DNA of 64,000 nucleotides. Source: Selaginella moellendorffii. Lineage: Eukaryota; Plantae; Lycopodiophyta. The notes beneath the pieces are model-generated. The model was not told where the DNA came from. It did no database searches and saw only the letters and a program-made list of their open reading frames with translations. The position numbers were made by a program, and so were the translations under genes. Location of the stretch: contig NW_003314264.1 in assembly GCF_000143415.4 (NCBI RefSeq), positions 1,807,710 to 1,871,709 on the forward strand, in the 5' to 3' direction. Position 1 is the stretch's first letter. Every line of letters starts with the position of its first letter. This document shows, piece by piece, positions 35,501 to 47,079 of the stretch.

Positions 35501-38500
35501 AAGCAAGAAGTAAGGGGATAGAACCGATCCATAGGAATCAAAGGGCATAACCAAGGTTGGTTATGCCAGCTGGGAGTGGAGAATCAAGTGGGGGCTCGAG
35601 GGTGTTGCCGCTAGTAACCGTGATGCCATTTAGAGTCTAAAATATGGAATTGTCCATGTTAGACTATGTGGCATTTTGAAGGCTTGCAAAAAGGGAGGCC
35701 TTAGCAAGCTGAGGGACAGAGTTCCTTCAAGGTTCCCAAAGACGATTCTAGGTAGCTTAGTACCTAGAAAGGCCAAGTGTAAATGGTTCATGGAACGCGC
35801 GAAATCAGAGTGGCGCAGCAGAAGCGTGGTCTTGAAGCTTGCCATGAGGCAAGGCTATCAAGGTTAGGGAAGTAGTTCCCGAGTGTTCAAAGAGAGGGCT
35901 TTGAACGAAAGTCGATAGTCAAGAACTTTCACGCTTATGCAGGAACCATGTTACTCTGGTCGGAGGACTTGCCAAGCGAGATTGGCACGTCGGGGGAACA
36001 AATACCCTAGTTGAAGGTGATAACTTCAAAAAGGGTGGGCCATGGGGCCGAGCATGGAGGAGTCCATGCATGATCACAGACATGTCAAGTGAGAGGACTT
36101 GGCAGTGTGGAGGAACTAGGTTCCTAAGCTGTGATCTGTAGCGCGCTTTAAAAATAAGTTGGTGCACCGGCGTGGGGAGTCACGCCAGGCATCTTGTGTG
36201 ATGCCGTCCGTAGATGCATATACGGAGGTTGGGTTCGAGTCCCGACCCTCTAGTGCTTGGGTTCGAGTCCCAAATCACTAGGGCGTGGTGATGGTTTGGA
36301 ATATGAGGACACTCATATTTCGGTGGTCATGGACTCTCAGTGGGGAGACTAGTTTGGGCACACCGCCAACCGAGGGATGCCTCGGAGTCGTGATGCACGG
36401 TTAGATTGCTTAGTGTGAAAGCTCGGCATATCTAACTTGAACGCTTTGGTGCAAGTGGCACCAAAGACGTGGTGAGTGAGATAGGGACACCTAATCTCAG
36501 TTGCTATGGACCCTTGGCTGGAAGGGCTGGCTTGGGCGCACCGCCAAGTGTGGGGGATGCCCCCGGGGTCGTAGTTAACAAGTTAAAGGTCTGGAAGACC
36601 TAGTACCTATTGGCAAACCTGTTAAGGTGCCGAGGTGAGATCACTAGGTGATCTTGTGGCTAAATAAGGACAAGGTCCTTGTTTGGGTTAAGGAATAAGG
36701 TTCCTAGTTCAAAGTGTTGATTTGAACTATTGATGATGGTGTGGCTTGGTCAAGGTGACCAAGTGGGAAAAGCACCTTAGGGAAATGAGCTATGTCATTG
36801 CGATGGCATAGTGTGTCCAAGGAAAGTAGTCTCTAAAGAGACCCATGAGAGGGTCACAAAGTTGGGCCGAGGATAGAGCCCACAGCAGAAGATGCTAAAA
36901 GAGACTTACTAGGGGTGAACACCCTAGTCTTGGCAAAGTAGAGCCTTTGCTATGGAATCAAAAGAATACCTCAAGAAGGGAGGTAGAGATTCGATGTTGC
37001 TTGGTGCAACAATCAACGGGATAGGAGCAAAAGATGAGTGGCCAAGATAGGGCCGTGGAATCCCTGGGAAGGAATCCAAGTGACAAAGTTAGGCGAGGAA
37101 CACTAATGTGTTGGACGCTAACAAATTGCGGGAAAGGAAGTGTGTTTCCAAGGATGGATTCCGAATTGCTCCGATTTGGCGAAAGTGGAAGCTCCAAGGG
37201 AGGGAGCGGTAAGGTAGCCAAATGATAGGGTGATAGACAACCCTAGCACAAAGTGTGATAAATGGAACTTAGTGCCCAAGGTGGCACGAAATAGAAGAGA
37301 GGATGATGGTGTCCTCAAGAAATGAACTTCCTAGGATAGGGAAGTGGAGTTGCACAATCTATGCAATGCAAGGTGTTGGAGACACCTAGGAAATTGACTC
37401 CAAGAACTCAAAATTCAAAGTTCCAAAGTGCAAAGGTTATATCGATGGAAATTGAGACTACTCGAGAAGGAGTAGTGGGATTGACTTAGAGAAGGGTCTC
37501 TAAGAGGTTTAGCGAGAACTAAACCAATAAAAGGAGAGAACCACTATATGTGGTCCAATCAGTCTCTAAGTTGGAGAGACTACCCTCCTTAGAGGATATG
37601 CAAATGGCATGGTGAGCCTTCAATGTCCAACCATTGACGAATATGGAGAAGGCATGGTGAGCCTTCAATGTCACACCATTGACAAATATTGGCTATACGC
37701 CAAGGATGGAAATGGTAACACATGCGGGTGTTACTTTATAAAATGGTTCACCGTTCGATGAGGACACCAAACTTCGTCTATGGGTGGTGGAGTTGTGAGA
37801 CACAAAATCCCTAGGCCCCAAAGTGGAGCCGGAAGGGCGCCACATGGTAGTGGCCGAAGCGAGAGCCAAACGAGCGTAACACGTTTGGACCAAAAACTCC
37901 GACTTGAAAAGTCAAGAGCGGGAGTGGAACTCCCAACGAAGTGCTCGAGGAACGAGCACGAAGAGAGCAAAAGGCGAGGCTCCAAAAAGGGACCCAAAAG
38001 GACTAACACATGACACGTGGGAGTGTCCGAGATGGAGTCTGAAGTGGAGTCCGAGGTGGACCCGAGTTGGAGTCCGAAGTGGAGTCCGAGATGGACCCAA
38101 GATGGACCCGAAATGGAGTCCGAAATGGAGTCCGAGATGGACCTGAGATGGACCCGAGATGGAGTCCGAGATGGAGTCCGAGATGGAGTCCGAGATGGAG
38201 TCCGAGATGGACCCAAGATGGAGTCCGAGATGGAGTCCGAGATGGAGTCCGAGATGGACCCGAGATGGACCCGAAATGGAGTCCGAGATGGAGTCCGAGA
38301 TGGACCCGAAATAGAGTCCGAGATGGAGTCCGAGATGGAGTCTGAGATGGACCCGAGATGGAGTCCGAGATGGAGTCCGAGATGGACCCGAGATGGACCC
38401 GAGATGGAGTCCGAGATGGAGTCCGAGATGGAGTCCGAGATGGAGTCCGAAGTCGAGACCGAGACCGGGACCGAGACCGAGACCAAGACCGAGACCGAGA

Positions 38501-41500
38501 TCAGGACCGAGACTGAGACCGAGGCCGAGGCCGAGACCGAGCCCGAGCCCGAGTCCGAGTCCGAATCCGAATCCGAGTCCGAGTCCGAGTCCGAGTCCGA
38601 GTCCGGAGCCTGAGAGGGTGAAAGCCCAAAGCGTTCGTCTCCCAGACCCTGGGGGGTTTGGTGAGCTCCAAAAGTATAGTAGGGGGAGGACTGCAGTGGA
38701 GCCAGTTTGGCCAGGAAAGGCCAGTTTGGCCCAGGAAGGCCAGACCTAGTGTTGGGTGATGAACTGACCACTGGGAAGTCCAAGACTAGAGTGAATACGG
38801 ACCGACAAGCGGGGTAGCTTGGTGAAGTGTTCAAGAGCCGGCTCTAGTTCCCCCGGGAGATCGACTGGCCGATGCTCCCAGTCCAAGTGTGGGTGGCACT
38901 ACCTACTTGGATACCAGGCGTGGCTCAACGGAACCTCGCTCTAAGCCCATGGCTAGAGCACCCAAGGGCAGAAGGTGGGGAGAGTACCCAGGTGGCTCGC
39001 GTAAGGCCACGGTGTTCCGAAATGTTGTCCCAAAGACCCAGACTGTGGAAAGGAAGAGGAGTAGTCCTCTGGGGTAGTGACCAAGGACACAGTCGTGTGG
39101 TGAGGAAGTTCCAGAGGACCGTGGGACTTAGTGGTCGGGCCTGTGGGCCTCGATCCAGTGGCAGTGTTGGCAAACACGACCAGGGGCAGAAAGGGACTTA
39201 GGGGGGACTGACAGAGGGACATTGGGGAAGGCTGTTCCCCGTGTCGGTGGGCATCCTAAGGATGCTAAGGAGTGGATCTGAGATGACCACTCATGGATGG
39301 TTGGCCCAGTCTTGGAGAGCCAAGACTGTGATGCAAGTGGTATTGGACTACAGTGTGGCAAAGGTGATTGGGCATGGCCTTAGCGTAACGGGCTGCCATA
39401 TCGGTGGTACCTTTGAGTGTCGGTCATGAGATCGGACACGTGGAGCACTTGGACCAGGTGCCAGTGTTGAGTGGCATGGATGCCATTCCTGGGGCTAGCA
39501 AGTCCCAAGTCCTGAATTGGACTTATGGAGGTTGTGAATGAGACTCCTCCAAGTGGTCGAAGGTGTGGTTAAGTGACTAAAGTAGAATGGAAAATTTAGT
39601 CGCTTACACTAGGTTCCTAAGTTGTGATCTGTAGCGCGCTTTAAAAATAAGTTGGTGCACCGGCGTGGGGAGTCACGCCAGGCATCTTGTGTGATGCCGT
39701 CCGTAGATGCATATACGGAGGTTGGGTTCGAGTCCCGACCCTCTAGTGCTTGGGTTCGAGTCCCAAATCACTAGGGCGTGGTGATGGTTTGGAATATGAG
39801 GACACTCATATTTCGGTGGTCATGGACTCTCAGTGGGGAGACTGGTTTGGGCACACCGCCAAGCGAGGGATGCCTCGGAGTCGTGATGCACGGTTAGATT
39901 GCTTAGTGTGAGATCTCAGCATATCTAACTTGAACGCTTTGGTGCAAGTGGCACCAAGGTCGTGGTGAGTGAGATGGGGACACCTAATCTCAGTTGCTAT
40001 GAACCCTTGGCTGTAAGGGCTGGCTTGGGTGCACCGCCAAGTGTGGGGGATGCCCCCTGGGTTATAGTCAACAACTTGGAGGTCTAGAAGACCAAGTACC
40101 TCTTGGCAACTCTGCTAAAGTGCCAAGGTGAGATCACTAGGTGATCTTATGGCCAGATAAGGACAAGGTCCTTGGTTGGCTAAGGAATGAAGTTCCTGGT
40201 TCAAAATGTTGAAATTGAACTGTTTAAGGTGGTGTGGCTTGGTCGTGATGACCAAGTGGGAAGAGCATCTAAGGGAAATAAACTATGTCCGTGAGATGGC
40301 ATAGTGAGTCCAAGGAAAGTAGTCTCTATAAACGACCCATGGGACGGTCACGAAGTTGGGCCGTGGATAGAGCCCATAGCAGAAGATGCTAAAAGAGACT
40401 TACTAGGGTGAACATCCTCCGGACTTGGCAAAGAAGAGTCTTTGCTATGGAACTGAAACAATACCTCAAGGAGGGAGGTAGAGATTCGATGTTGCTTGGT
40501 GCAACAATCAACGGATAGGAGCAAAAGATGAGTGGCCAAGATAGGGCCGTGGAATCCCTTGGGGGGAATCCAAGTGACAAAGTTAGGTGAGGAACACTAA
40601 TGTGTTGAACGCTAACAAGTTCCGGGAAAGGAAGTGTGTTTCCAAGGAGGGATTCCGAAATGCTCCGGTTTGGCGAAAGTGAAAGCTCCAAGGGAGGGAG
40701 CGGTAAGGTAGCCAAATGATAGGGCCATGAACAGCCCTAGCACAAAGTATGATAACTGGAACTTTGGCACGAAATAGAAGAGAGGATGATGGTGCCCTCG
40801 AGTAAAGAACTTCCTAGGATGGGAAATGGAGTTGCACAAAAGGTGCAAGGCAAGGTGTCGGAGACACCTAGGAAATTGACTCCAAGAACTCAAAATTCAA
40901 AGTTCCAAAGTGCAAAGGTTATATCGATGGAAATTGAGACTACTCGAGAAGGAGTAGTGGGATTGACTTAGAGAAGGGTCTCTAAAAGGTTTAGCGAGAA
41001 CTAAACCAATAAAAGGAGAGAACCACTATATGTGGTCCAATCAGTCTCTAAGTTGGAGAGACTACCCTCCTTAGAGGATATGCAAATGGCATGGTGAGCC
41101 TTCAATGTCCAACCATTGACAAATATGGAGAAGGCATGGTGAGCCTTCGATGTCACACCATTGACAAATATTGCCTACGCGCCAAGGATGGAAATGGTAA
41201 CACATGCGGGTGTTACTTTATAAAATGGTTCACCATTCGATGAGGACATCGAACTTCGTCTATGGGTGGTGGAGTTGTGAGACACAAAATCCCTAGGCCC
41301 CAAAGTGGAGCCGGAAGGGCGCCACATGGTAGTGGCCGAAGCGAGAGCCAAACGAGCGTAACACGTTTGGACCAAAAGCTCCGACTTGAAAAGTCAAGAG
41401 CGGGAGTGGAACTCCCAACGAAGTGCTCGAGGAACGAGCACGAAGCGAGCAAAAGGCGAGGCTCCAAAAAGGGACCCAAAAGGACCAACACATGACACGT

Positions 41501-42941
41501 GGGAGTGTCCGAGATGGAGTCCGAAGTGGAGTCCGAGGTGGACCCAAGTTGGAGTCCGAAGTGGAGTCCGAGATGGACCCGAGATGGACCCGAAATGGAG
41601 TCCGAAATGGAGTCCGAGATGGACCCGAGATGGAGTCCGAGATGGAGTCCGAGATGGAGTCCGAGATGGAGTCCGAGATGGACCCCAGATGGAGTCCGAG
41701 ATGGAGTCCGAGATGGAGTCCGAGATGGACCCGAGATGGACCCGAGATGGAGTCCGAGATGGAGTCCGAGATGGAGTCCGAGATGGAGTCCGAAGTCAAG
41801 ACCAAGACCGGGACCGAGACCGAGACCGAGACCGAGACCGGGATCGGGACCGAGACCGAGGCCGAGGCCGAGGCCGAGACCGAGCCCGAGCCCGAGTCCG
41901 AGTCCGAATCCGAATCCGAGTCCGAGTCCGAGTCCGGAGCCTGAGAGGGTGAAAGCCCAAAGCGTTCGTCTCCCAGACCCTGGGGGGTTTGGTGAGCTCC
42001 AAAAGTATAGTAAGGGGGAGGACTGCAGTGGAGCCAGTTTGGCCAGGAAAGGCCAGTTTGGCCCAGGAAGGCCAGACCCAGTGTTGGGTGATGAACTGAC
42101 AACTGGGAAGTCCAAGACTAGAGTGAATACGGACCGACAAGCGGGGTAGCTTGGTGAAGTGTTCAAGAGCCGGCTCTAGTTCCCCCAGGAGATCGACTGG
42201 CCGATGCTCCCAATCCAAGTGTGGGTGGCACTACCTACTTGGATACCAGGCGTGGCTCAACGGAACCTCGCTCTAAGCCCATGGCTAGAGCACCTAAAGG
42301 CGAAAGGCGGGGAGAGTACCCAAGTGGCTCGCGTAAGGCCACGGTGTTCCAAAATATTGTCCCAAAGGCCTAGACTGTGGAAAGGAAGAGGAGCAGTCCT
42401 CTGGGGTAGTGACCAAGGACACAGTCGTGTGGTGAAGAAGTCCCAGAGTACCGTGGGACTTAGTGGTCGGGCCTGTGGGTCTCGATCCAGTGGCAGTGTT
42501 GGCAAACACGGCCAGGGGCATAAAGGGACTTAGTGGGGACTGACAGAGGGATATTGGGGAAGGCTATTCCCCTTGTCGGTGGGCATCCTAAGGATGCCAA
42601 GGAGTGGATCTGAGATGACCACTCACAGAAGGTTTGCCTAGTCTTGGAGAGCCAAGATGGTGATGCAAGTGGTATTGGACTACCAGTGTAGCAAAGGTGA
42701 TTGGGCATGGCCTTAGCGTAACGGGCTGCTATGTCGGTGGTACCTTTGAGTGTCGGTCACGGGATCGGACACGTGGAGCACTTGGACCAAGTGCAAATGT
42801 TGAGTGGCAGGGATGCCATTCTCAGGGCTAGCAAGTCCCAAGTCCTGGATTGGACTTATGGAGGTTGCGAATGAGACTCCTCCAAGTGGTCAGAGGTGTG
42901 GTTAAGTGACTAAAGTAGAATGGAAAATTTAGTCGCTTACA
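28294..42941 (+). mobile_element. Non-autonomous LTR element N2 (rearranged), antisense in N1 next to its PBS
   Basis: LTR 28294-30165, extra partial LTR 30166-30954, deleted interior, 3' LTR 41276-42941 after a PPT. TSD CACTA at 28289-28293 and inverted (TAGTG) at 43001-43005. Confidence 0.8.
31907..39608 (+). mobile_element. Complete non-autonomous LTR element N3 (7.7 kb)
   Basis: LTRs 31907-33679 and 37794-39608. TSD CTAGG at 31902-31906 and 39609-39613. PBS-like TGGTATTGGAGC at 33683; PPT 37780-37793. No long ORF; only faint pol/chromodomain remnants (~35630-35960). Confidence 0.95.
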
Positions 42942-42957
42942 ATTTGGTATCGGAGCT
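42942..42957 (+). promoter_or_regulatory. Primer-binding site (tRNA-iMet type, TGGTATCGGAGC)
   Basis: Directly follows the LTR end cgcttaca; one mismatch to canonical TGGTATCAGAGC. Confidence 0.8.
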
Positions 42958-43005
42958 GTTCCTTAGTCCGACTTTTATTGGTGCTCAAGTATATCACCAC
43001 TAGTG

Positions 43006-43768
43006 TGTAAGCGACTAAATTTACAATTTTACTTTAGTCACTTAACCACACCTTTGACCTTACCCCAGGTCTCGTTCTCGGTCCCGATCTCGGTCTCGGT
43101 CTCGGTCTCGGTCTCAGTCCCGGTCTCGGTCTCAACTTCGGACTCCATCTCGGACTCTATCTCGGACTCCATCTCGGACTCCATCTTGGACTCCATCTCG
43201 GGTCCATCTCGGAGTCCATCTCGGGTCCATCTCGGACTCCATTTCGGGTCCATCTCGGGTCCATCTCGGGTCCATCTCGGACTCCATTTCGGGTCCATCT
43301 CGGGTCCAACTCGGACTCCATTTCGGGTCCATCTCGGACTCCATCTCGGGTCCATCTCGGACTTCATCTCGGACTCCATTTCGGGTCCATCTCGGGTCCA
43401 CCTCGGACTCCATCTCGGGTCCATCTCGGACTCCACTTCGGACTCCAACTCGGGTCCATCTCGGACTCCACTTTGGACTCCAACTCGAGTCCATCTCGGA
43501 CTCCACTTCGGACTCCAACTCGAGTCCATCTCGGACACTTCCACGTGTCATGTGTTGGTCCTTTTGGGTCCCTTTTTGGAGCCTCGCTTTTTGCTCGCTT
43601 CGTGCTCGTTCCTCGAGCACTTCTTTGGGAGTTCCACTCCCGCTCTTGACTTTTCAAGTCGGAGCTTTTGGTCCAAACGTGTTACGCTCGTTTGGCTCTC
43701 GCTTCAGCCACTACCGCGTGGCACCCTTTCCGGCTCCACTTTGGGGCCTAGGGATTTTGTGTCTCACA
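43006..43768 (-). repeat. Internally deleted LTR (right end of N1)
   Basis: First ~55 bp of the LTR joined at ~43065 to the satellite; ~1.1 kb missing relative to 22357-24243. Confidence 0.88.
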
Positions 43769-44197
43769 CGCAACTCCAATATCATCCCAGCCCAATTCTT
43801 GATTAGCAACCGCATCTCTTGGATCGACAACTGTGGCTAAGCCCTCAGCTACCACCTCCCCCTCGGGGTTGTTTAGAAACACCTTTGCCTGAATCCATGT
43901 AGCACGGTTCTTAAGATCCACGGAGGGAACATGCGTCGCACTTGCACTGTCCCCAACATCTGCTTTCTTCTGAAGATTTTTCAAGGCAACAACAACATTT
44001 ACCCCAACGACCATCTCTCCTCGTTCAATAGCGACCACATTCCCATCGAAGACAGTCTCTACTGATACAGCAGCATTGCCTTCCCCAAGCCTTTGACAGT
44101 GTATAACAAAGTTCCGATCCATAGACACAAGGGTCCCTTTTGCAACTCTCTTCCCACCATTCAAAATGTAAACCTTTTCCCCAACCCTGAAGGCCAT
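43769..44197 (-). pseudogene. Transposase of copy A, N-terminal piece with ATG (two Tnp1/En/Spm-like beta repeats)
   Basis: MAFRVGEKVYIL...VAKGTLVSMD...IHCQRLG and VVAEGLATVVDPRDAVANQELG. The three pieces rejoin to 3069 nt, in frame (~1022 aa). Confidence 0.88.
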
Positions 44198-47079
44198 TCT
44201 GAAAGTGCAGAAAAGAAGTTAAGACCATACAAAAAATGATTGGAGAATGGCCTAAATCATAACATACCAAACAACCTCAATAGCATGAGGCCACATGCCA
44301 TTATTCAAACATGCTATTGACACCCACGTGAAATTTCGCATTCACAAAATTGGCATGAGGCCTCATGCCATCTTGATATACACACAGCTGCAGGCAAGTA
44401 AAAACATACATGACAATACGCTAGCCATGAAATTGCAAGGGCCCAAGATGGCATGTGGCCTCATGCCATTTCTAAATGTGGTCCTAAGCCATTCCATGGT
44501 GAACATACCAAGAAGCACAAGTGCCGAATATCAAGAGGAAGCGGTAGCCACACCAAAGACAGTGTCGCTCGCAACACCGCTTGTAGCGCCGCTCGCACAA
44601 ACTGCCACTCGCATAAACTGCCGCTCGCAATGGCGCTCGCAATGCCGCAACCGCTTGTAGACGCATAAACCACAGCTCACAATGCCGCTTACACAAGCAG
44701 CGCTCACTGCGCTCAGCGGAACCAAGAACACGGCGCACAAAAATGATAGACCTAGGAATTAGTTCGAGAATTCAAAAATAACACACGCTTGAACGTCACA
44801 TCAAATCCTCTGACAAACCAGATCTTATGATTCCTCTGACAAATTTCAAACTGAGTAGCTTCTAGACTTTGCTGTCGGAGGTTGAACTTTGTCACATCAT
44901 GTCCTTGCCTCGATCCAGCTGTGCCATGTCAGTGATTCGAACTTTGCCATGCCGTGTCAGCGATCCACGCCAAGATTATTCGCCGTGTAAAGGAATAATT
45001 ATGCTGTGTGTGTACATCCATTTATGGCAATATAAGGCCACACGCCATTCAAAGAATAATGCTAGTCGAGCATTTTTTGGTGCATTTTTGGGTTCAAAAT
45101 TGCATGAGCCCACACGCTATAAAGTTTACCTGTACCAAAAGTAGAAACAGCTTTATTTACTTGGAAATTTAAGTGGTTGAGGCATTTTTAAACTTACAAA
45201 CACATGCCCTACTTACATTCCTTTGGTTGCTTAAAATTCAAAAATATTATAAACCTTTCTTTTTGCATTTTCAATGTTTTCAATTATGGTTTTTGATTTT
45301 CGCAGGACCAGCCTAGTAATCTATTTGCATCCCGTCATGTTTATAGCGAGCTTTCGTTTGTCCCCTTCGCAAGCCTGAGATACATCTGCTCGGCATCTGC
45401 CTCTTACAGCATTTGCCCAGAAAGGGCATCTTTCTTCACGCAGCATTTGCCACATGTTTAGGGTTTAGGGTTTAGGGTTTAGCAATTCAGTAGCTTGATA
45501 AACATGCAAATACAGAACTTGATGCAAAATCCTTTGATATGTCACAATGCCCCTAGAACTATAAACACATTTCAATAAAGAGGGTCCTTTCATTTCATAA
45601 CTACTTACGTAGATCTTGGTGAAACCAGAGTTAATGAAGTTGGTTTTTTGTGATTCTGCATCTGATTGTGATGTCCCTTTGTAGTGTCGATGGAAAGGTC
45701 AATGCACACCAAACTGTAGAATCTTGGAGCAAAATAACGGTCGGATCTATGGCAAATGCCCCTGAAACATTGTAAGGCTCGTGTGGTCTCATGTGGTGTC
45801 CGATCGAGATGCTTCTTTGCAGAGTCATCAAGAAAGACATTGTGTACCATTCTGTAAAATCTAGTTGCGATCTAACGGTTGGATATCCAGAAAACTCAAA
45901 AAAATCTCGCGCGTGTTAGAATATTCTAGGAATATACTCTTATGTGCCCCTGAAAATGGCATGCGGCCCCACGCCATTCAAGAGATAACGCCAGATGACA
46001 CCGAGCATTTTTTGGTGCATTTTTTGGGACTTGTATACCATTCTTTATTTAGCTGAACATCTGGCATTTTTGGAAATACAAGATGCTTTAGAATATTCAA
46101 TCATGCATGGTATAAATATAGCAAGGGTATTAAATGATATCCCAATCATGATCTTTCTTTTGGATTTTGCGTGCATGCAGTCCGAGGAATGATGACGTTG
46201 CGGATTTCTTTTGGATTTCGCGTGCATGCAGTCCGAGGAATGATGACGTTGCGGATTTCTTTTGGATTTCACGTGCATGCATGCGCGCGGCGATCCAGAA
46301 ATTAATGGTGGCGCCCAAGTCCGAGGAATGATGACGTGGCGGGATTACCAACCGTTGTGACATTTCGCGCGTGTGAGGTTAGGTTTTGCATTTTGCTTCG
46401 TACTCGCGCTTGCATCGCGCTCCCACTCGCGATCACGCTCACATTTGCGCTCATCTACCTTCTCTACAGGTTTCTCGTGTGCATCGGCGTCCACTCGTGC
46501 TTGCATCACACTCGCGCTCGCATCGCGCTCGTGTGCATCGGCGTCCATTTCAAGACACACCCAGTTTGTAACTTCGTCGCCAACTCCGCCGCCCACTCCG
46601 CCACCCACACGCAGCCCACTTGGCATCCCGGGAGATTTCAGCGCCACTCTCCAACTGTAAGTGGCAGAGTAGCCTTGCTGCTACGATCCGCTACACACAC
46701 AGTGCACATTCGCCAGCGAGTCCGGCCTCGATTGTCACGCCTCCATTCGGCTTCAAATGGTAAGTCTTTTAGGCCAAGTAGAAAATGGCATGAGGCCACA
46801 TGCCATTCAGTAGCAACATTGGCATGCACCGATTGGGCTCTCGAGTGCAGTCCGGTTACAGATGGCGTGTAGCCTCACGCCATCTTAGGATGCAGCCTCA
46901 AGACATCTGATGCAGTGGTGAATGGCGTGTGGCCTCACGTTATTTCCAGCTGCTAGCTTTTCATCTGTCAGCTCTAATTGTTGTGCATTTCTGAACAGGC
47001 GAGGAATTGCGTTCTTCTTCCAGCCACTGTCAATGTGGATGCAGAGAAGGGGGAGGAGCTCACCAGTTGGACTTTTGGG

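Larger units (their letters stand above)
22357..43768 (-). mobile_element. Non-autonomous (LARD-like) LTR element N1, with nested N2 and N3
   Basis: Ends tgtaagcg...tctcaca. TSD CGTAA (22352-22356) / CGCAA (43769-43773); copy B's empty site reads cgcaa. 3' LTR 22357-24243 with PPT; non-coding interior 24244-28293. Confidence 0.9.

Noticed and set aside
36227-36273. tRNA genes or SINE
   Set aside because: Only T-arm-like hairpins; no acceptor stem, D-arm, A-box or tail could be identified.
23131-43840. SR/RS-, ESES- and WSPR-repeat ORFs
   Set aside because: Produced by stop-free LTR satellites, open in many frames on both strands.
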